A DNA stretch of 64,000 nucleotides from Dehalococcoidia bacterium (GTDB lineage Bacteria > Chloroflexota > Dehalococcoidia > UBA2979): assembly GCA_964291495.2 (NCBI GenBank), contig OZ219872.1:320001-384000 (forward strand), in the 5' to 3' direction. Below are positions 1-9,805 of this stretch, piece after piece. Positions within the stretch are counted from its first letter, which is position 1, and each line of letters starts with the position of its first letter. The notes beneath the pieces were generated by a model. That model had not been told where the DNA came from, did not search any database, and was given only the letters and a program-made list of their open reading frames with translations. A program made the translations under genes and the position numbers.

Positions 1-653
1 CCGAGGCCGGCTCCGAGCGGATGCGCGAGGCGATCAACAAGGGCGTGAGCGAGGAGCAGATCCTGCGCGGGGCCGCCCTCGTCGGCGAGGCCGGGCTGAC
101 CCGCTTCAAGCTCTACTTCATGATCGGCCTGCCCGGCGAGGAGGACGACGACGTCTACGCCCTCGCGGCGCTCGGCAACCGCATCAAGGAGCGGCTCGAC
201 GCGGCGGGCAACGGCACGCGCCTGGTGTTCTCCGTCAGCCCGCTGGTCCCGAAGCCGTGGACGGCGTACCAGTACGAGACGCAGCAGCCTCCCGAGGTGA
301 TCAAAGCCCGCCAGGGCATCCTCAAGCAGCACCTCGCCTCGGGCATCGAGCTGCGCAGCGACTCGCCCCAGACCGCGCGCATCGACGACGTACTCTCGAG
401 GGCGGACGGTCGCCTCGCCGCGATGCTGGCGGAGTTGCCGGACTCCTCGCTGGGCAGCTACAAGCGCGCAATCCGCGAGCACGGCCTCGACGGCGCGCGC
501 CCCTGGGCGGGCGAGGCGCCCCCGTGGCACGTCGTCGATGTCGGTATGACGGAGCGCTTCCTGCTGCGCGAGATGGACAAGCACGAGCGCGTGCGTCGCA
601 CCATCCCCTGCCCCCCGCCCGAGGTGGGCTGCAAGCTCTGCGGGGTGTGCTGA
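1..653 (+). CDS. Radical SAM protein, C-terminal part (5' truncated by window)
   Basis: EAGSERMREAINKG...KLYFMIGLPGE...VPKPWT motifs typical of the C-terminal half of B12-binding-type radical SAM proteins; C-terminal CxxCxxC. Confidence 0.75.
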   Translation, partial: EAGSERMREAINKGVSEEQILRGAALVGEAGLTRFKLYFMIGLPGEEDDDVYALAALGNRIKERLDAAGNGTRLVFSVSPLVPKPWTAYQYETQQPPEVIKARQGILKQHLASGIELRSDSPQTARIDDVLSRADGRLAAMLAELPDSSLGSYKRAIREHGLDGARPWAGEAPPWHVVDVGMTERFLLREMDKHERVRRTIPCPPPEVGCKLCGVC

Positions 654-674
654 GCGGCGCAGCACCGCACCTCT

Positions 675-710
675 GTGGCTTAGCTGCTGTTCATCGACGA
701 GAGCGGCCAC
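675..710 (+). pseudogene. Remnant of a DUF3800-like gene N-terminus
   Basis: GTG GCT TAG CTG CTG TTC ATC GAC GAG AGC GGC CAC = MA*LLFIDESGH, resembling the DUF3800 'YLLFIDESG' start with a nonsense codon; similarity not evident further on. Confidence 0.35.
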
Positions 711-921
711 GGGCCCTCGATCCGGGTGGCGCCGGTGCGGTGGACTCCCTCAGGCCATCCGGCCCCGCCAGGAGTGACGCCCCTCGCCTCGTGCGTAGTC
801 TCGCGGGCGCGGATGACGAGGTGGTGACGGCCGTGTGGCGACGCGATGAAGCTTGCGTTTCGGCCAGATGTCGGGCGCCTGTCTCTGGCGGCAGGCCGTG
901 CCGGGGGCGTAGCCTTGCTGC

Positions 922-1635
922 ATGACCACGACCGCCACCTCCATCGCCGCCAACCTCGCCGCCGTGCGCGAGCGCATCGCCGCGGCGTGCGAGCGCGCAG
1001 GGCGCGACCCCGCCGAGGTCACCGTCGTCGGAGTTTCCAAGACGCACCCGCCCGAAGTCGTCGAGGAGGCGCTGGCGGCGGGGCTCAGCGACATCGGCGA
1101 GAACCGCGCGCAGGAGCTGCTGCCCAAGGCCGAGGCGCTCGAGGCGAGCGGGCTCGCGCCGCGCTGGCACTTCATCGGACGGCTGCAGCGCAACAAGGTG
1201 CGCGGCGTGCTGCCGCGCATCGCCGCGCTGCACTCGCTCGGCTCCGTGCGGCTCGCCGACGAGATCGAGCGGCGCGCCGAGCGCCTCGAGGCCGGGGGCG
1301 GCGCGGGGGCGCGTGAACCGCTTCCCTGCTACCTTGAAGTCAACGTGGGCGGCGAGGCCTCGAAGGACGGAATCGCCCCGGAGGAGCTGCCGGCACTGCT
1401 GCGCGAGACGGCGAAGCGCCGCCACATCGCGGTCGCCGGGCTGATGACGGTCGCGCCGCTCGTGGACGATCCGGAGCAGGTCCGGCCGGTCTTCCGGCAA
1501 CTGCGCGAGCTGGCCCGCGCGCACGGCCTCGAGGGGCTCTCGATGGGCATGACCGACGACTACGTCGTCGCCGTCGAGGAGGGCGCGACGGTGGTGCGGC
1601 TCGGGCGCGTGATCTTCGGAGCGCGGCGCTCGTAG
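922..1635 (+). CDS. yggS: YggS family PLP homeostasis protein
   Basis: VSKT, GENRAQE, WHFIGRLQRNK, LSMGMTDDY, EEGATVVRLG motifs; upstream of proC. Confidence 0.95.
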   Translation: MTTTATSIAANLAAVRERIAAACERAGRDPAEVTVVGVSKTHPPEVVEEALAAGLSDIGENRAQELLPKAEALEASGLAPRWHFIGRLQRNKVRGVLPRIAALHSLGSVRLADEIERRAERLEAGGGAGAREPLPCYLEVNVGGEASKDGIAPEELPALLRETAKRRHIAVAGLMTVAPLVDDPEQVRPVFRQLRELARAHGLEGLSMGMTDDYVVAVEEGATVVRLGRVIFGARRS

Positions 1636-1654
1636 CCAAGGCGGAGGACACAGC

Positions 1655-2461
1655 GTGCGGATCGGGATCATCGGCGGCGGCTTCATGGGCGAGGCGTTTC
1701 TGCGCGGGATTCTCAGCGCGGGAGTCGCCGAGGCGTCCAACGTCGCCATCGCCGAGCTGATCGCGAGCCGCCGGCGCGCCCTCGCGGACCACGGCGTGCG
1801 CGTCACCGACGACCCGGAGAGCGCCTGCATCGGCGCGGACGTCGTGCTGCTCGCGGTGAAACCGGACGACCTGCCCGCGACAGCGCGGAGTCTCGCCGGG
1901 GCGATCCCCGCCGGCGCCGTGCTCGTCTCGATCGCCGCCGGGACGCCGCTCGCCGAGGTGCAGCGCCACAGCGGGCACGGCGCCTCCGTGCGCGTGATGC
2001 CGAACCTGCCCGCCGCGATCGGCGAGGGCGCCGCCGTCTACCTCGCCGCCCCCGAGCTTAGCGACGAGCAGCTCGCCCGGGTGCGCGAGGTGCTCAGCGG
2101 CGTCGCGACCGCGATCGTCGAGGTCGGCGACGACGAGGCGGTGGACCTCGCGACGGCGTTACACGGATCGGGCCCCGCCTACGTCTATCTGCTGATCGAG
2201 GCGATGGTGGACTCGGCGGTGCGGCTCGGCATGAAGCGGCCGCAGGCGACGGACCTGGTGCTGGCGACCGTCGCCGGCTCGGCGCGCTACGCAATCGAGA
2301 GCGGGGAGCACGCCGCGACCCTGCGCAACGCAGTGACCTCGCCGGGCGGCACGACGGCCGCGGCGCTCTCCGAGCTGGAAGCCGCCGGGGTGCGGGCGGC
2401 GTTCGACGACGCAATCGAGGCCGCGTTCACGCGGGCGCTGGATCTGGGGGAAGCGGAGTGA
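1655..2461 (+). CDS. proC: Pyrroline-5-carboxylate reductase
   Basis: GxGxMG, LAVKP, RVMPN, GSGPAY, VTSPGGTT motifs. Confidence 0.95.
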   Translation: MRIGIIGGGFMGEAFLRGILSAGVAEASNVAIAELIASRRRALADHGVRVTDDPESACIGADVVLLAVKPDDLPATARSLAGAIPAGAVLVSIAAGTPLAEVQRHSGHGASVRVMPNLPAAIGEGAAVYLAAPELSDEQLARVREVLSGVATAIVEVGDDEAVDLATALHGSGPAYVYLLIEAMVDSAVRLGMKRPQATDLVLATVAGSARYAIESGEHAATLRNAVTSPGGTTAAALSELEAAGVRAAFDDAIEAAFTRALDLGEAE

Positions 2462-2712
2462 CCACGCTCATCACGCTCCTGAGCATGCTGCTGAACGTGC
2501 TGTGGTTCGCGATCTTCGCGCGCGCGATCGTGAGCTGGTTTCCGATCGATCAGAACGGCCCGGTGATCCGGGCGCTGGACGCGATCACGGAGCCGGTGCT
2601 CGAGCCGCTGCGGCGGGTGGTGCCACGCGTGGGGCTGTTCGACATCACGCCGATGGTCGCGATCATCCTGATCCTCATCATCCAGCAGATGCTCGTCTCG
2701 AGCCTGCCGTAG
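2458..2712 (+). CDS. yggT: YggT family membrane protein
   Basis: ITEPVLEPLRR..P..G.FDITP motif; two hydrophobic segments; yggS-proC-yggT synteny. Confidence 0.9.
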   Translation: MTTLITLLSMLLNVLWFAIFARAIVSWFPIDQNGPVIRALDAITEPVLEPLRRVVPRVGLFDITPMVAIILILIIQQMLVSSLP

Positions 2713-2733
2713 CGTCGCTCCGGCGCCACACGC

Positions 2734-3021
2734 TCAACCACCCCCGAGGCGCCGCCGCAGCTCCACCGCCTCGAGGCCGTCGACGGCCACAACCTTGTTG
2801 CGCGATGTCTGCCCCGCCACCACGCGCACGGCGCCTCGCGGGACGCCGAGGCGCCGCGCCAGCAGACGCACGAGCGCGGCGTTGGCGCGACCCTCGACCG
2901 GCGGCGCGGTGACGCGCACGCGCAGCGTCTCGCCCTCGAAGCCCACGACCGCGTCGCGCGAGGCACTAGGCGTGAGGCGCACCGCGAGCCGGACCGCCTC
3001 CAACAGAGTCTCCTCGCACAC
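2734..3021 (-). CDS. DUF167 (YggU) family protein
   Basis: VTAPPVEGRANAALV..LA, GQTSRNK motifs; start uncertain. Confidence 0.85.
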   Translation of the reverse strand: MCEETLLEAVRLAVRLTPSASRDAVVGFEGETLRVRVTAPPVEGRANAALVRLLARRLGVPRGAVRVVAGQTSRNKVVAVDGLEAVELRRRLGGG

Positions 3022-3044
3022 CCGCGCCGCCGCCCGGCGAGGAC

Positions 3045-3073
3045 TTGACGGTATAGAACCTGCGTTCTATTCT
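3045..3073 (+). promoter_or_regulatory. recA promoter (TTGACG-N17-TATTCT) with LexA box in the spacer
   Basis: Perfect palindrome ATAGAAC-CTGC-GTTCTAT (3053-3070) = GAAC-N4-GTTC Gram-positive/Chloroflexi-type SOS box. Confidence 0.88.
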
Positions 3074-3133
3074 TCCCTGCGTACCAACGACGTGCCACGA
3101 TAGAACAGCAGCGTACGCGGAAGGACCACCGCA

Positions 3134-4246
3134 ATGGCCAGCAGGCAGCGCAGCAAGAGCAACCCCGAGCAGCGGCGCCACGAGGACCTCAACCGCGCCA
3201 TCGAGCAGATCACCAAGGACCACGGCAAGGGCGCGATCATGCGCCTCGGCGACGAGCAGGCTGCGATCAACGTCTCAGCCATCCCCACCGGAGCCCTCTC
3301 GCTCGACATCGCCCTCGGCATCGGTGGGGTGCCGCGAGGGCGCGTGACCGAGATCTTCGGGCCGGAGTCGGCCGGCAAGTCCACCCTCGCCCAGCACATC
3401 ATCGCGCAGAGCCAGCGCGCGGGCGGCACCACCGCCTACATCGACGTCGAGCACGCCCTCGAGCCCGACTACGCCGCCGCCTGCGGTATCGCCGTCGACG
3501 ACCTGCTGATCTCGCAGCCCGACACCGGCGAGCAGGCGCTCGAGATCTGCGAGGCGCTGATCCGCTCGAACGCCCTCGACGCCGTCGTCGTCGACTCCGT
3601 GGCCGCGCTCGTGCCGCGCGCGGAGATCGAGGGCGACATGGGGGACTCACTGCCGGGCCTGCAGGCGCGGCTGATGTCGCAGGCGCTGCGCAAGTTGACC
3701 GCCGCGGTGGCGCGTTCGAACACCGCGCTGGTCTTCATCAATCAGCTGCGCGAGAAGATCGGCGTCGTTTTTGGCAACCCGGAAACCACGCCCGGCGGGC
3801 GCGCGCTCAAGTTCTATTCCTCCGTGCGGATCGACATCCGCCGCATCGAGTCGCTGCGCCAGGGCTCGACGATCATCGGCAACCGCGTCCGCTGCAAGGT
3901 CGTAAAAAACAAGACCGCGCCGCCGTTCCGCCAGGCCGAGTTCGACATCATGTTCACCCCCGAGGAGCACGGCATCAGCCGCTCCGGCGACCTCCTCGAC
4001 CTCTCGGTCGAGCACGGCATCGTGAAGAAGCTCGGGTCCTACTACTCGCTCGGCGAGCAGCGGCTCGGCCAGGGGCGCGAGAACGCGAAGGCGTTCCTCC
4101 GCGAGCACCCCGCGATCGCCGACGAGATCGAGGTCAATGTCCGCGCCGCCGCCGGGCTGCCCGGCACCGAGCACCTGCCGGCCGAGGCGCCCACGGAGGC
4201 CCCCGAGAGCGCCACGGCGATCTCCGGCCTGCCGCTTGATGCGTAA
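3134..4246 (+). CDS. recA: Recombinase A
   Basis: GPESAGKST Walker [42 protein letters not shown]. Confidence 0.99.
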   Translation: MASRQRSKSNPEQRRHEDLNRAIEQITKDHGKGAIMRLGDEQAAINVSAIPTGALSLDIALGIGGVPRGRVTEIFGPESAGKSTLAQHIIAQSQRAGGTTAYIDVEHALEPDYAAACGIAVDDLLISQPDTGEQALEICEALIRSNALDAVVVDSVAALVPRAEIEGDMGDSLPGLQARLMSQALRKLTAAVARSNTALVFINQLREKIGVVFGNPETTPGGRALKFYSSVRIDIRRIESLRQGSTIIGNRVRCKVVKNKTAPPFRQAEFDIMFTPEEHGISRSGDLLDLSVEHGIVKKLGSYYSLGEQRLGQGRENAKAFLREHPAIADEIEVNVRAAAGLPGTEHLPAEAPTEAPESATAISGLPLDA

Positions 4247-4796
4247 GGCCGCTCGCGCCCGCCGGCGCGGCAACGCCGCTCCCCCAAGCGACGATCCGCG
4301 CAAGGCGGTCCAGCACGGACTGCGTCTGCTCAGCCGCAGCGCTCGCAGCGAGCACGATCTGCGCGAGCGCCTCGAGGCGCGCTTCACCATCGAGGCAGCG
4401 ACGGCCGCGTTGAGGCGGCTGCGCGCGCTCGGCTACGTCGACGACCGCGCCTGGGCCGCCGCCTACGTCGAGCGCCCCCGCTCGCTGCTCTGCAGCGCGC
4501 GGCTGCTGCAACGCGAGCTGCGTTCGCGCGGCATTTCCCACGAGATCGCGGAGGCGGCGACCGGCGGACACGATGACGACCGCGCCGCCCTCGCCGCCGC
4601 GCGGATCGCGCTGCGGCGGCTGGCCCGCGGAGGCGGCGGCAGCGACGCGGGCAGCGATGCGCGGGGCGATCCCAGGCGCTCGAGACGGCTCGTCGCGGCG
4701 CTGGCGCGTCGCGGCTTCGACCCCGGAACGATCGAGCGCGTCCGCTCGCGCCTGCGCAGCGACCACGCTCACGAGGCCGCCTCGGTCACACCGTAG
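4239..4796 (+). CDS. recX: RecA regulator RecX
   Basis: LLS..ARSE.DLR..L, GYVDD..WA, ELR.RGI, L.RRGF motifs; overlaps recA stop. Confidence 0.85.
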   Translation: MRKAARARRRGNAAPPSDDPRKAVQHGLRLLSRSARSEHDLRERLEARFTIEAATAALRRLRALGYVDDRAWAAAYVERPRSLLCSARLLQRELRSRGISHEIAEAATGGHDDDRAALAAARIALRRLARGGGGSDAGSDARGDPRRSRRLVAALARRGFDPGTIERVRSRLRSDHAHEAASVTP

Positions 4797-4959
4797 CGCG
4801 GGCGCGCGAGGCGCACCGTCAAGCGCGGTGGTAGACTGTCCCCATCAACAACGGCGACGGCGCTGACTGGCCCCTCAGTCATACGGCCGCGCCGGGATGC
4901 CGACTCACGGCTCGCGACCCGCTGCGGCGGAGGCGCGGCCCTCGAATCGAGGCCACCTC

Positions 4960-6537
4960 ATGGAGGATGCACCCGTACTCAGCGCCCTTGTGGGCGTGAT
5001 CGCTCTCGTGATCGGCTTCCTGATCGGCTACGCCATCCTCGGGCTCGGCGCGCGGGACGTGCGCCGCCGCGCGGAGCAGGCCGCCGACCGCATCCGCGAG
5101 CAGGCCGAGAGCCGCAGCCGTGAGCTCGAGCTCGAGGGGCAGCAGGCGGGCCTCCGCTACCGCGAGGAGGTTGAGGAGGAGCTGCGCGAGGAGCGCCGCG
5201 AGGCCGCCCGCGTCGAGCGCCGCCTCGAACAGCGCGAGGAGTCGCTGGAACGCCGCGCCGAGGGACTCGACCGCGGCGAGCAGTCGGTCCGCGACCGCGC
5301 CGCCGGCCTCGACCGCCGCGAGAAGGATCTCGAGGCTGGTCAGGATCGCCTGCAAGGCGAGCACGAACGGCTGCGCGAGCAGGAGTCCGAGCTTCGCGGC
5401 GAGCTCGAGCGCATCGCCGGGCTGAGCGCCGACGAGGCGCGTGACCTGCTGCTCGACAGCCTCGACAGCGAACTGCGCGATGAGTCCGCGCGCCGGGTGC
5501 GCGCGATGGAGGCCGCCACCAGGGCCGAAGCCGACATGCGTGGACGCAAAATCCTCGCCACCGTGATGCAGCGCATGACCTCCGAGATCACGGCGGAGAC
5601 CACCGTCTCCGTGGTGCCGATCCCCTCGGACGAACTGAAGGGCCGCATCATCGGCCGCGAGGGCCGCAACATCCGCGCCTTCGAGGCGGCGACCGGCTGC
5701 GACCTGCTGATCGACGACACGCCCGAGGTCGTCACCGTCGTCGGCTTCGATCCCGTGCGCCGCGAGGTCGCCCGCGTGGCGCTCGCGCGCCTCGTCCAGG
5801 ACGGCCGCATCCAGCCGAGCCGGATCGAGGACGCCGTCGAGAAGGCGCGCAACGAAGTTGACCGCATGGTCACCGAGGCCGGCGAGCAGGCGCTCGTCGA
5901 CGCAGAGGTGGCGGCGCTTCACCCCGAGGTCGCGAAGACCCTCGGCAAGCTCCGCTTCCGCTACTCCTACGGCCAGAACCAGTTGCGCCACTCGGTGGAG
6001 ACCTCGTGGCTCGCGGTCGCGCTTGCGCACGAGCTCGGCGCGGACGTGGAGACGGCCCGCATCGGGGGCCTGCTCCACGACCTTGGCAAGGCCGTGGACC
6101 GCGAGATGGAGGGCACGCACGCCGCGCTCGGCGGCGAGATCGCGCGCCGCTTCGGCGTCGGCGACGAGATCGTGCACTGCATCGAGGCCCACCACGAGGA
6201 GATCGCGCCCGAGACGGCAGAGTCGCTGATCGTGATCATCGCCGACGCGATCTCGGGCAGCCGCCCGGGCGCGCGCCGCGACTCCATCGAGCAGTACGTC
6301 AAGCGCCTCGAGGCCCTCGAGGCGGTCGCCAACTCCTTCGACGGCGTCGAGCAGTCCTTCGCCATCCAGGCGGGGCGGGAGATCCGCGTGCTGGTGCGGC
6401 CGGACGAGGTCGACGACCTCGCGGCCACGCGGCTCGCGCGCGACGTCTCGCGCAAGGTCGAGGAGACGCTGCAGTACCCCGGCCAGATCCGGGTCACCGT
6501 CGTCCGGGAGACGCGCGCCAGCGCGGTCGCACGCTAA
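4960..6537 (+). CDS. rny: Ribonuclease Y
   Basis: N-terminal TM, coiled coil, KH domain (KGRIIGREGRNIR), HD domain (LLHDLGK), ADAISGSRPGAR. Confidence 0.97.
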   Translation: MEDAPVLSALVGVIALVIGFLIGYAILGLGARDVRRRAEQAADRIREQAESRSRELELEGQQAGLRYREEVEEELREERREAARVERRLEQREESLERRAEGLDRGEQSVRDRAAGLDRREKDLEAGQDRLQGEHERLREQESELRGELERIAGLSADEARDLLLDSLDSELRDESARRVRAMEAATRAEADMRGRKILATVMQRMTSEITAETTVSVVPIPSDELKGRIIGREGRNIRAFEAATGCDLLIDDTPEVVTVVGFDPVRREVARVALARLVQDGRIQPSRIEDAVEKARNEVDRMVTEAGEQALVDAEVAALHPEVAKTLGKLRFRYSYGQNQLRHSVETSWLAVALAHELGADVETARIGGLLHDLGKAVDREMEGTHAALGGEIARRFGVGDEIVHCIEAHHEEIAPETAESLIVIIADAISGSRPGARRDSIEQYVKRLEALEAVANSFDGVEQSFAIQAGREIRVLVRPDEVDDLAATRLARDVSRKVEETLQYPGQIRVTVVRETRASAVAR

Positions 6538-6540
6538 CCC

Positions 6541-7317
6541 GTGCGCGTCCTCATGGTCGGCGATATCGTCGGCCGGCCGGGCCGTGAGATCGTCGGCTCC
6601 GCGCTGCCGGAGTTGCGCGACGCCCTCGGCATCGACCGTGTGATCGCCAACGGCGAGAACGCCGCGCGCGGACGAGGGCTCACCGAGCGCACCGCCAACG
6701 AGCTGTTCGCCGCCGGCGTCGACGTCATCACCTCCGGCAACCACATCTTCGACGTGCGCGAGTTCGTCCCCGCCCTCAACCGCGACTGGCCCGTGCTGCG
6801 CCCCGCGAACTACCCGCCGACGGTCCCCGGCCGCGGCGTCTGGAGCATCGATGGACTGATCGTGATCAACCTCATGGGCCGCGTCTTCATGCCCGCCGTC
6901 GTCGACGACCCGTTCCGCGTCGTCGACCAGCTGCTCGAGGACGTCGAGCCCGGCGCCAGCATCGTCATCGACTTCCACGCCGAGGCGTCCAGCGAGCAAC
7001 AGGCGCTCGCCTGGTACCTCGACGGGCGGGTCGCCGCGGTCGTCGGGACGCACACGCACGTCCCCACCGCGGACGCGCGGCTGCTCGCCGACGGCACCGC
7101 GGCCGTGGGCGACCTCGGCATGGTCGGCGTGCGCGACTCGGTGATCGGCGACGACATCGAGTCGGTGATCAGCCGCTTCCTGACCGGGATGCCGACGCGC
7201 CTGCCCGTCGCCTCGGGCGAGGACGGCGTCTTCAACTCCGTGCTGATCGAGATCGACGACGCGAGCGGCCTGGCGACCGGCATCGAGCGCGTCGACCGAG
7301 TGCTCCCGCTGTGGTGA
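6541..7317 (+). CDS. ymdB: YmdB-family metallophosphoesterase
   Basis: GDIVG, NGEN, TSGNH, DFHAEA, GTHTHVPTAD; follows rny. Confidence 0.93.
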   Translation: MRVLMVGDIVGRPGREIVGSALPELRDALGIDRVIANGENAARGRGLTERTANELFAAGVDVITSGNHIFDVREFVPALNRDWPVLRPANYPPTVPGRGVWSIDGLIVINLMGRVFMPAVVDDPFRVVDQLLEDVEPGASIVIDFHAEASSEQQALAWYLDGRVAAVVGTHTHVPTADARLLADGTAAVGDLGMVGVRDSVIGDDIESVISRFLTGMPTRLPVASGEDGVFNSVLIEIDDASGLATGIERVDRVLPLW

Positions 7318-7366
7318 GGACGGTGGGCCGCAACGCGAGGCGCCCGCGGCGCGGACGGGCGGCCTT

Positions 7367-8227
7367 GTGAGCCGCGGCGACTTCCACACGCACTCGACCT
7401 GCTCCGACGGCCTGCGCACGCCCACCGAACTCGTGGACCTGGCGGCGGGCCGCGGCGTCCGCATCATGGCGCTCACCGACCACGACACCCTCGACGGACT
7501 CGCCGAGGCGGAGGCCGCGGCCGCGCGCCACCCGGGCTTCACACTCGTGCCGGGCGTCGAGCTGTCATGCGACGTGCCCGGCACCGAGGTGCACATCCTC
7601 GGCTACTTCATCGACCGCGATCGGGCGGAGTTCCGCAAGCAGCTCGATGAGTTTCGCCGGGGCCGGATCGACCGCGCGCGGCGCATCATCGACGCCCTCG
7701 AACGGCTGGGCGCGCCGATCGAGTGGTCGCGCGTGCAGGAACTGGCGGGCGAGGCCTCGGTCGGACGCCCGCACATCGCGCAGGCCCTGCTCGAAGCCGG
7801 GCACATCGAGCGCTTCAATGAGGCCTTCGAGCGCTTCATCGGCCGCAACGGTCCCGCGTACGCCGAACGCCCGAAGCTCGCTCCCGCCGAGGCGATCTCG
7901 ATGATCCGCGAGGCGGGCGGTCTGGCCGTCTTCGCCCACCCCTCGTTCACCGATGATTACCCGCGCGTCGCCGCCAAACTCGCCGCCGCCGGCGCGTTCG
8001 GCCTCGAGGCCTACTACAAGGGCTACAAGCCGGAGCTCGTCGAGGAACTGGCCGCGCTGGCCGAACGCCTGGGCCTGTTCGCGCTCGGCGGGTCGGACTA
8101 CCACGGTATCGATCGCGAGGACGAGCGCCTGCCGGGCGAGATTCCGCTGCCGGACGCCGTGGCCGACGCCTTCCTCGACGCGGCGCGCGAGCGCGGCTGC
8201 CGCGTGCCGGAACCGGCTCGCGGATAG
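7367..8227 (+). CDS. PHP domain phosphoesterase (TrpH/YciV-like)
   Basis: DFHTHSTCSDG, LTDHDT, GRPH, AHP, GGSDYHG. Confidence 0.92.
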   Translation: MSRGDFHTHSTCSDGLRTPTELVDLAAGRGVRIMALTDHDTLDGLAEAEAAAARHPGFTLVPGVELSCDVPGTEVHILGYFIDRDRAEFRKQLDEFRRGRIDRARRIIDALERLGAPIEWSRVQELAGEASVGRPHIAQALLEAGHIERFNEAFERFIGRNGPAYAERPKLAPAEAISMIREAGGLAVFAHPSFTDDYPRVAAKLAAAGAFGLEAYYKGYKPELVEELAALAERLGLFALGGSDYHGIDREDERLPGEIPLPDAVADAFLDAARERGCRVPEPARG

Positions 8228-8278
8228 CCCTCGGGAGCGGCCCGCCGCTACACTCGCGGGGAAGCACCCGGAGGCGAG

Positions 8279-8524
8279 ATGTCCCGACGCTCACGCAGGC
8301 AGCGCAACCGGCCCCGGCGCGCTCCGCTGCCCGGCCCCCCTCCGCCCGGACCGCCCGCCCCGGGCGCCACCCCTGCCGCCCGAGCGGCCGCCAGCGAGCG
8401 CCCTCGGAGGTTGCTCGAGCGCGACGCGCCGTTCATCACCGGTGAGCTGCTGCGGATCGGGATGATCAGCGCGGTATGCGGCGGCCTGCTGGTGCTGCTC
8501 GTGCTGATCGATCGGTTCAGGTAG
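8279..8524 (+). CDS. Small membrane protein with Arg/Pro-rich N-terminus and C-terminal TM helix
   Basis: GGAGG RBS before ATG, upstream TACACT -10-like hexamer, hydrophobic C-terminus. Confidence 0.6.
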   Translation: MSRRSRRQRNRPRRAPLPGPPPPGPPAPGATPAARAAASERPRRLLERDAPFITGELLRIGMISAVCGGLLVLLVLIDRFR

Positions 8525-8549
8525 CGGGCGCGGCCAGACGCCTCGAGGG

Positions 8550-9125
8550 CTACGCGAGGCGGTTCCAGGCGACGAGCGCGCCGATCACCGCGAAGACGAT
8601 GCCGCCGGCGTCCTGCGTGATCAGGTCCAGCTCGCCGGAGACCAGCAGGCGCAACAGCGCCGCCGCCACGATCGCGCCCGAGGCGAGCAACTGCAGTGCG
8701 CGCCCCCGCTTGCGGTTCGTGACCGCATCGAACGCCCGGGCCAGCAGCGTCGCCGCGCCGACGCCGCCGAGCAGCGCGATCGCGAACAGTAGCAGGCTGC
8801 CTACCGGCCTCGGCGGCAACAACAGCGCCGAGGCGACGCCGAGCGCGACGGCGCCGAGCAGCGCGACGGCGCCCGCCCGCAGGTAGTGCCCTGTCTCCAG
8901 CTCGTACATCGGCGGGCGGCGGAGCTGCGCGCAGTCCGGGCAGCGAATGCCACCCGGCGCGTGGATCATGCAGCGCGGACAGATCGCGACCTCGCAGCGT
9001 CCGCAGCGCAGCTCGGTCTCGACATCGTGGTGGCGCTCACAGTGCGGAATGGCTGCCTCCGAAGTCGCGCCGGCCCTCGCGGCGCCGTCCGGCGATTGAC
9101 CCCCCTCGGCGCACGCATCTACCAT
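8550..9125 (-). CDS. Zinc-finger (B-box-like) membrane protein
   Basis: C.RH...ET.LRC.RC...IC..C......G.RC..C motif followed by about 4 TM helices; the longer ORF start overlaps tRNA-Asp and is rejected; true start uncertain. Confidence 0.75.
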   Translation of the reverse strand: MVDACAEGGQSPDGAARAGATSEAAIPHCERHHDVETELRCGRCEVAICPRCMIHAPGGIRCPDCAQLRRPPMYELETGHYLRAGAVALLGAVALGVASALLLPPRPVGSLLLFAIALLGGVGAATLLARAFDAVTNRKRGRALQLLASGAIVAAALLRLLVSGELDLITQDAGGIVFAVIGALVAWNRLA

Positions 9126-9137
9126 CAAGGGGTAAGC

Positions 9138-9214
9138 GGCCCCGTAGTGTAGCGGTCTAACACGCCACCCTGTCACGGTGGAGATCGGCGGTTCGAATCC
9201 GCTCGGGGTCGCCA
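9138..9214 (+). tRNA. tRNA-Asp(GTC)
   Basis: Acceptor GGCCCCG/CGGGGTC, anticodon arm CCACC-CTGTCAC-GGTGG, GTTCGAATC T-loop, encoded CCA. Confidence 0.97.
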
Positions 9215-9267
9215 GACAACCCGACCTCCGCACGCCCTGCAACCGCCGCCGCTCGCGGCGCTCTCCG

Positions 9268-9804
9268 CTACGCGTCCGCGCCCGGCGGCCCCGCCGCCGA
9301 CTCCACGATCTCGACGGTGTGCAGCAGGTCGCCGGCCGGCAGCTCGCCCGCTGCCGCGGGGTCGCGCGGCGTGAGCGCGCGCGCCGCCTCGAGGCCGTCC
9401 TCGACGCTGCCGAGGTAGGTGAAGCGCCCGCTGAGGTGCGGCGCGTCCTGCAGTGCGATGAAGAACTGCGAGCCGTTGCTGTCGGGCCCGGAGTTGGCCA
9501 GCCCGACGGCGCCCGCCGCGAACGGCTCCTCGGAGAGCTCGTCGCGCAGGCGGTAGCCGGGCCCGCCGTGACCGCGCCCCGTCGGGTCGCCGCCCTGCGC
9601 GATGAAGCCCGGGATCACGCGGTGGAACGTCGTACCGTCGTAGAACCCCTCACGCGCGAGGAAGACGAACGAGTTGACCGACTCCGGAGCGAGATCGGGA
9701 CGCAGCCGGATGCGGATCGCTCCCCGCGCAGTCTCGAGGAGCGCGTGGCAGGCGCCGTCTTCGGCCAGCCCCATCGGGGCCGGCTCCTCGTAGCGGCGCG
9801 CCAC
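9268..9804 (-). CDS. Cyclophilin-type peptidyl-prolyl isomerase
   Basis: FYDGTTFHRVIPGFIAQGGDPTG, SNGSQFFI; GTG start 1 nt after upstream gene stop. Confidence 0.92.
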   Translation of the reverse strand: MARRYEEPAPMGLAEDGACHALLETARGAIRIRLRPDLAPESVNSFVFLAREGFYDGTTFHRVIPGFIAQGGDPTGRGHGGPGYRLRDELSEEPFAAGAVGLANSGPDSNGSQFFIALQDAPHLSGRFTYLGSVEDGLEAARALTPRDPAAAGELPAGDLLHTVEIVESAAGPPGADA

Positions 9805-9805
9805 C

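Noticed and set aside
3101-3116. Second GAAC half-site downstream of the recA promoter
   Set aside because: No GTTC at N4 spacing
4879-7596. 905-aa - strand ORF (and similar long ORFs such as 37781-40495 and 59703-61529)
   Set aside because: Antisense shadows of rny/ymdB, recO/SBP and der/cdaR
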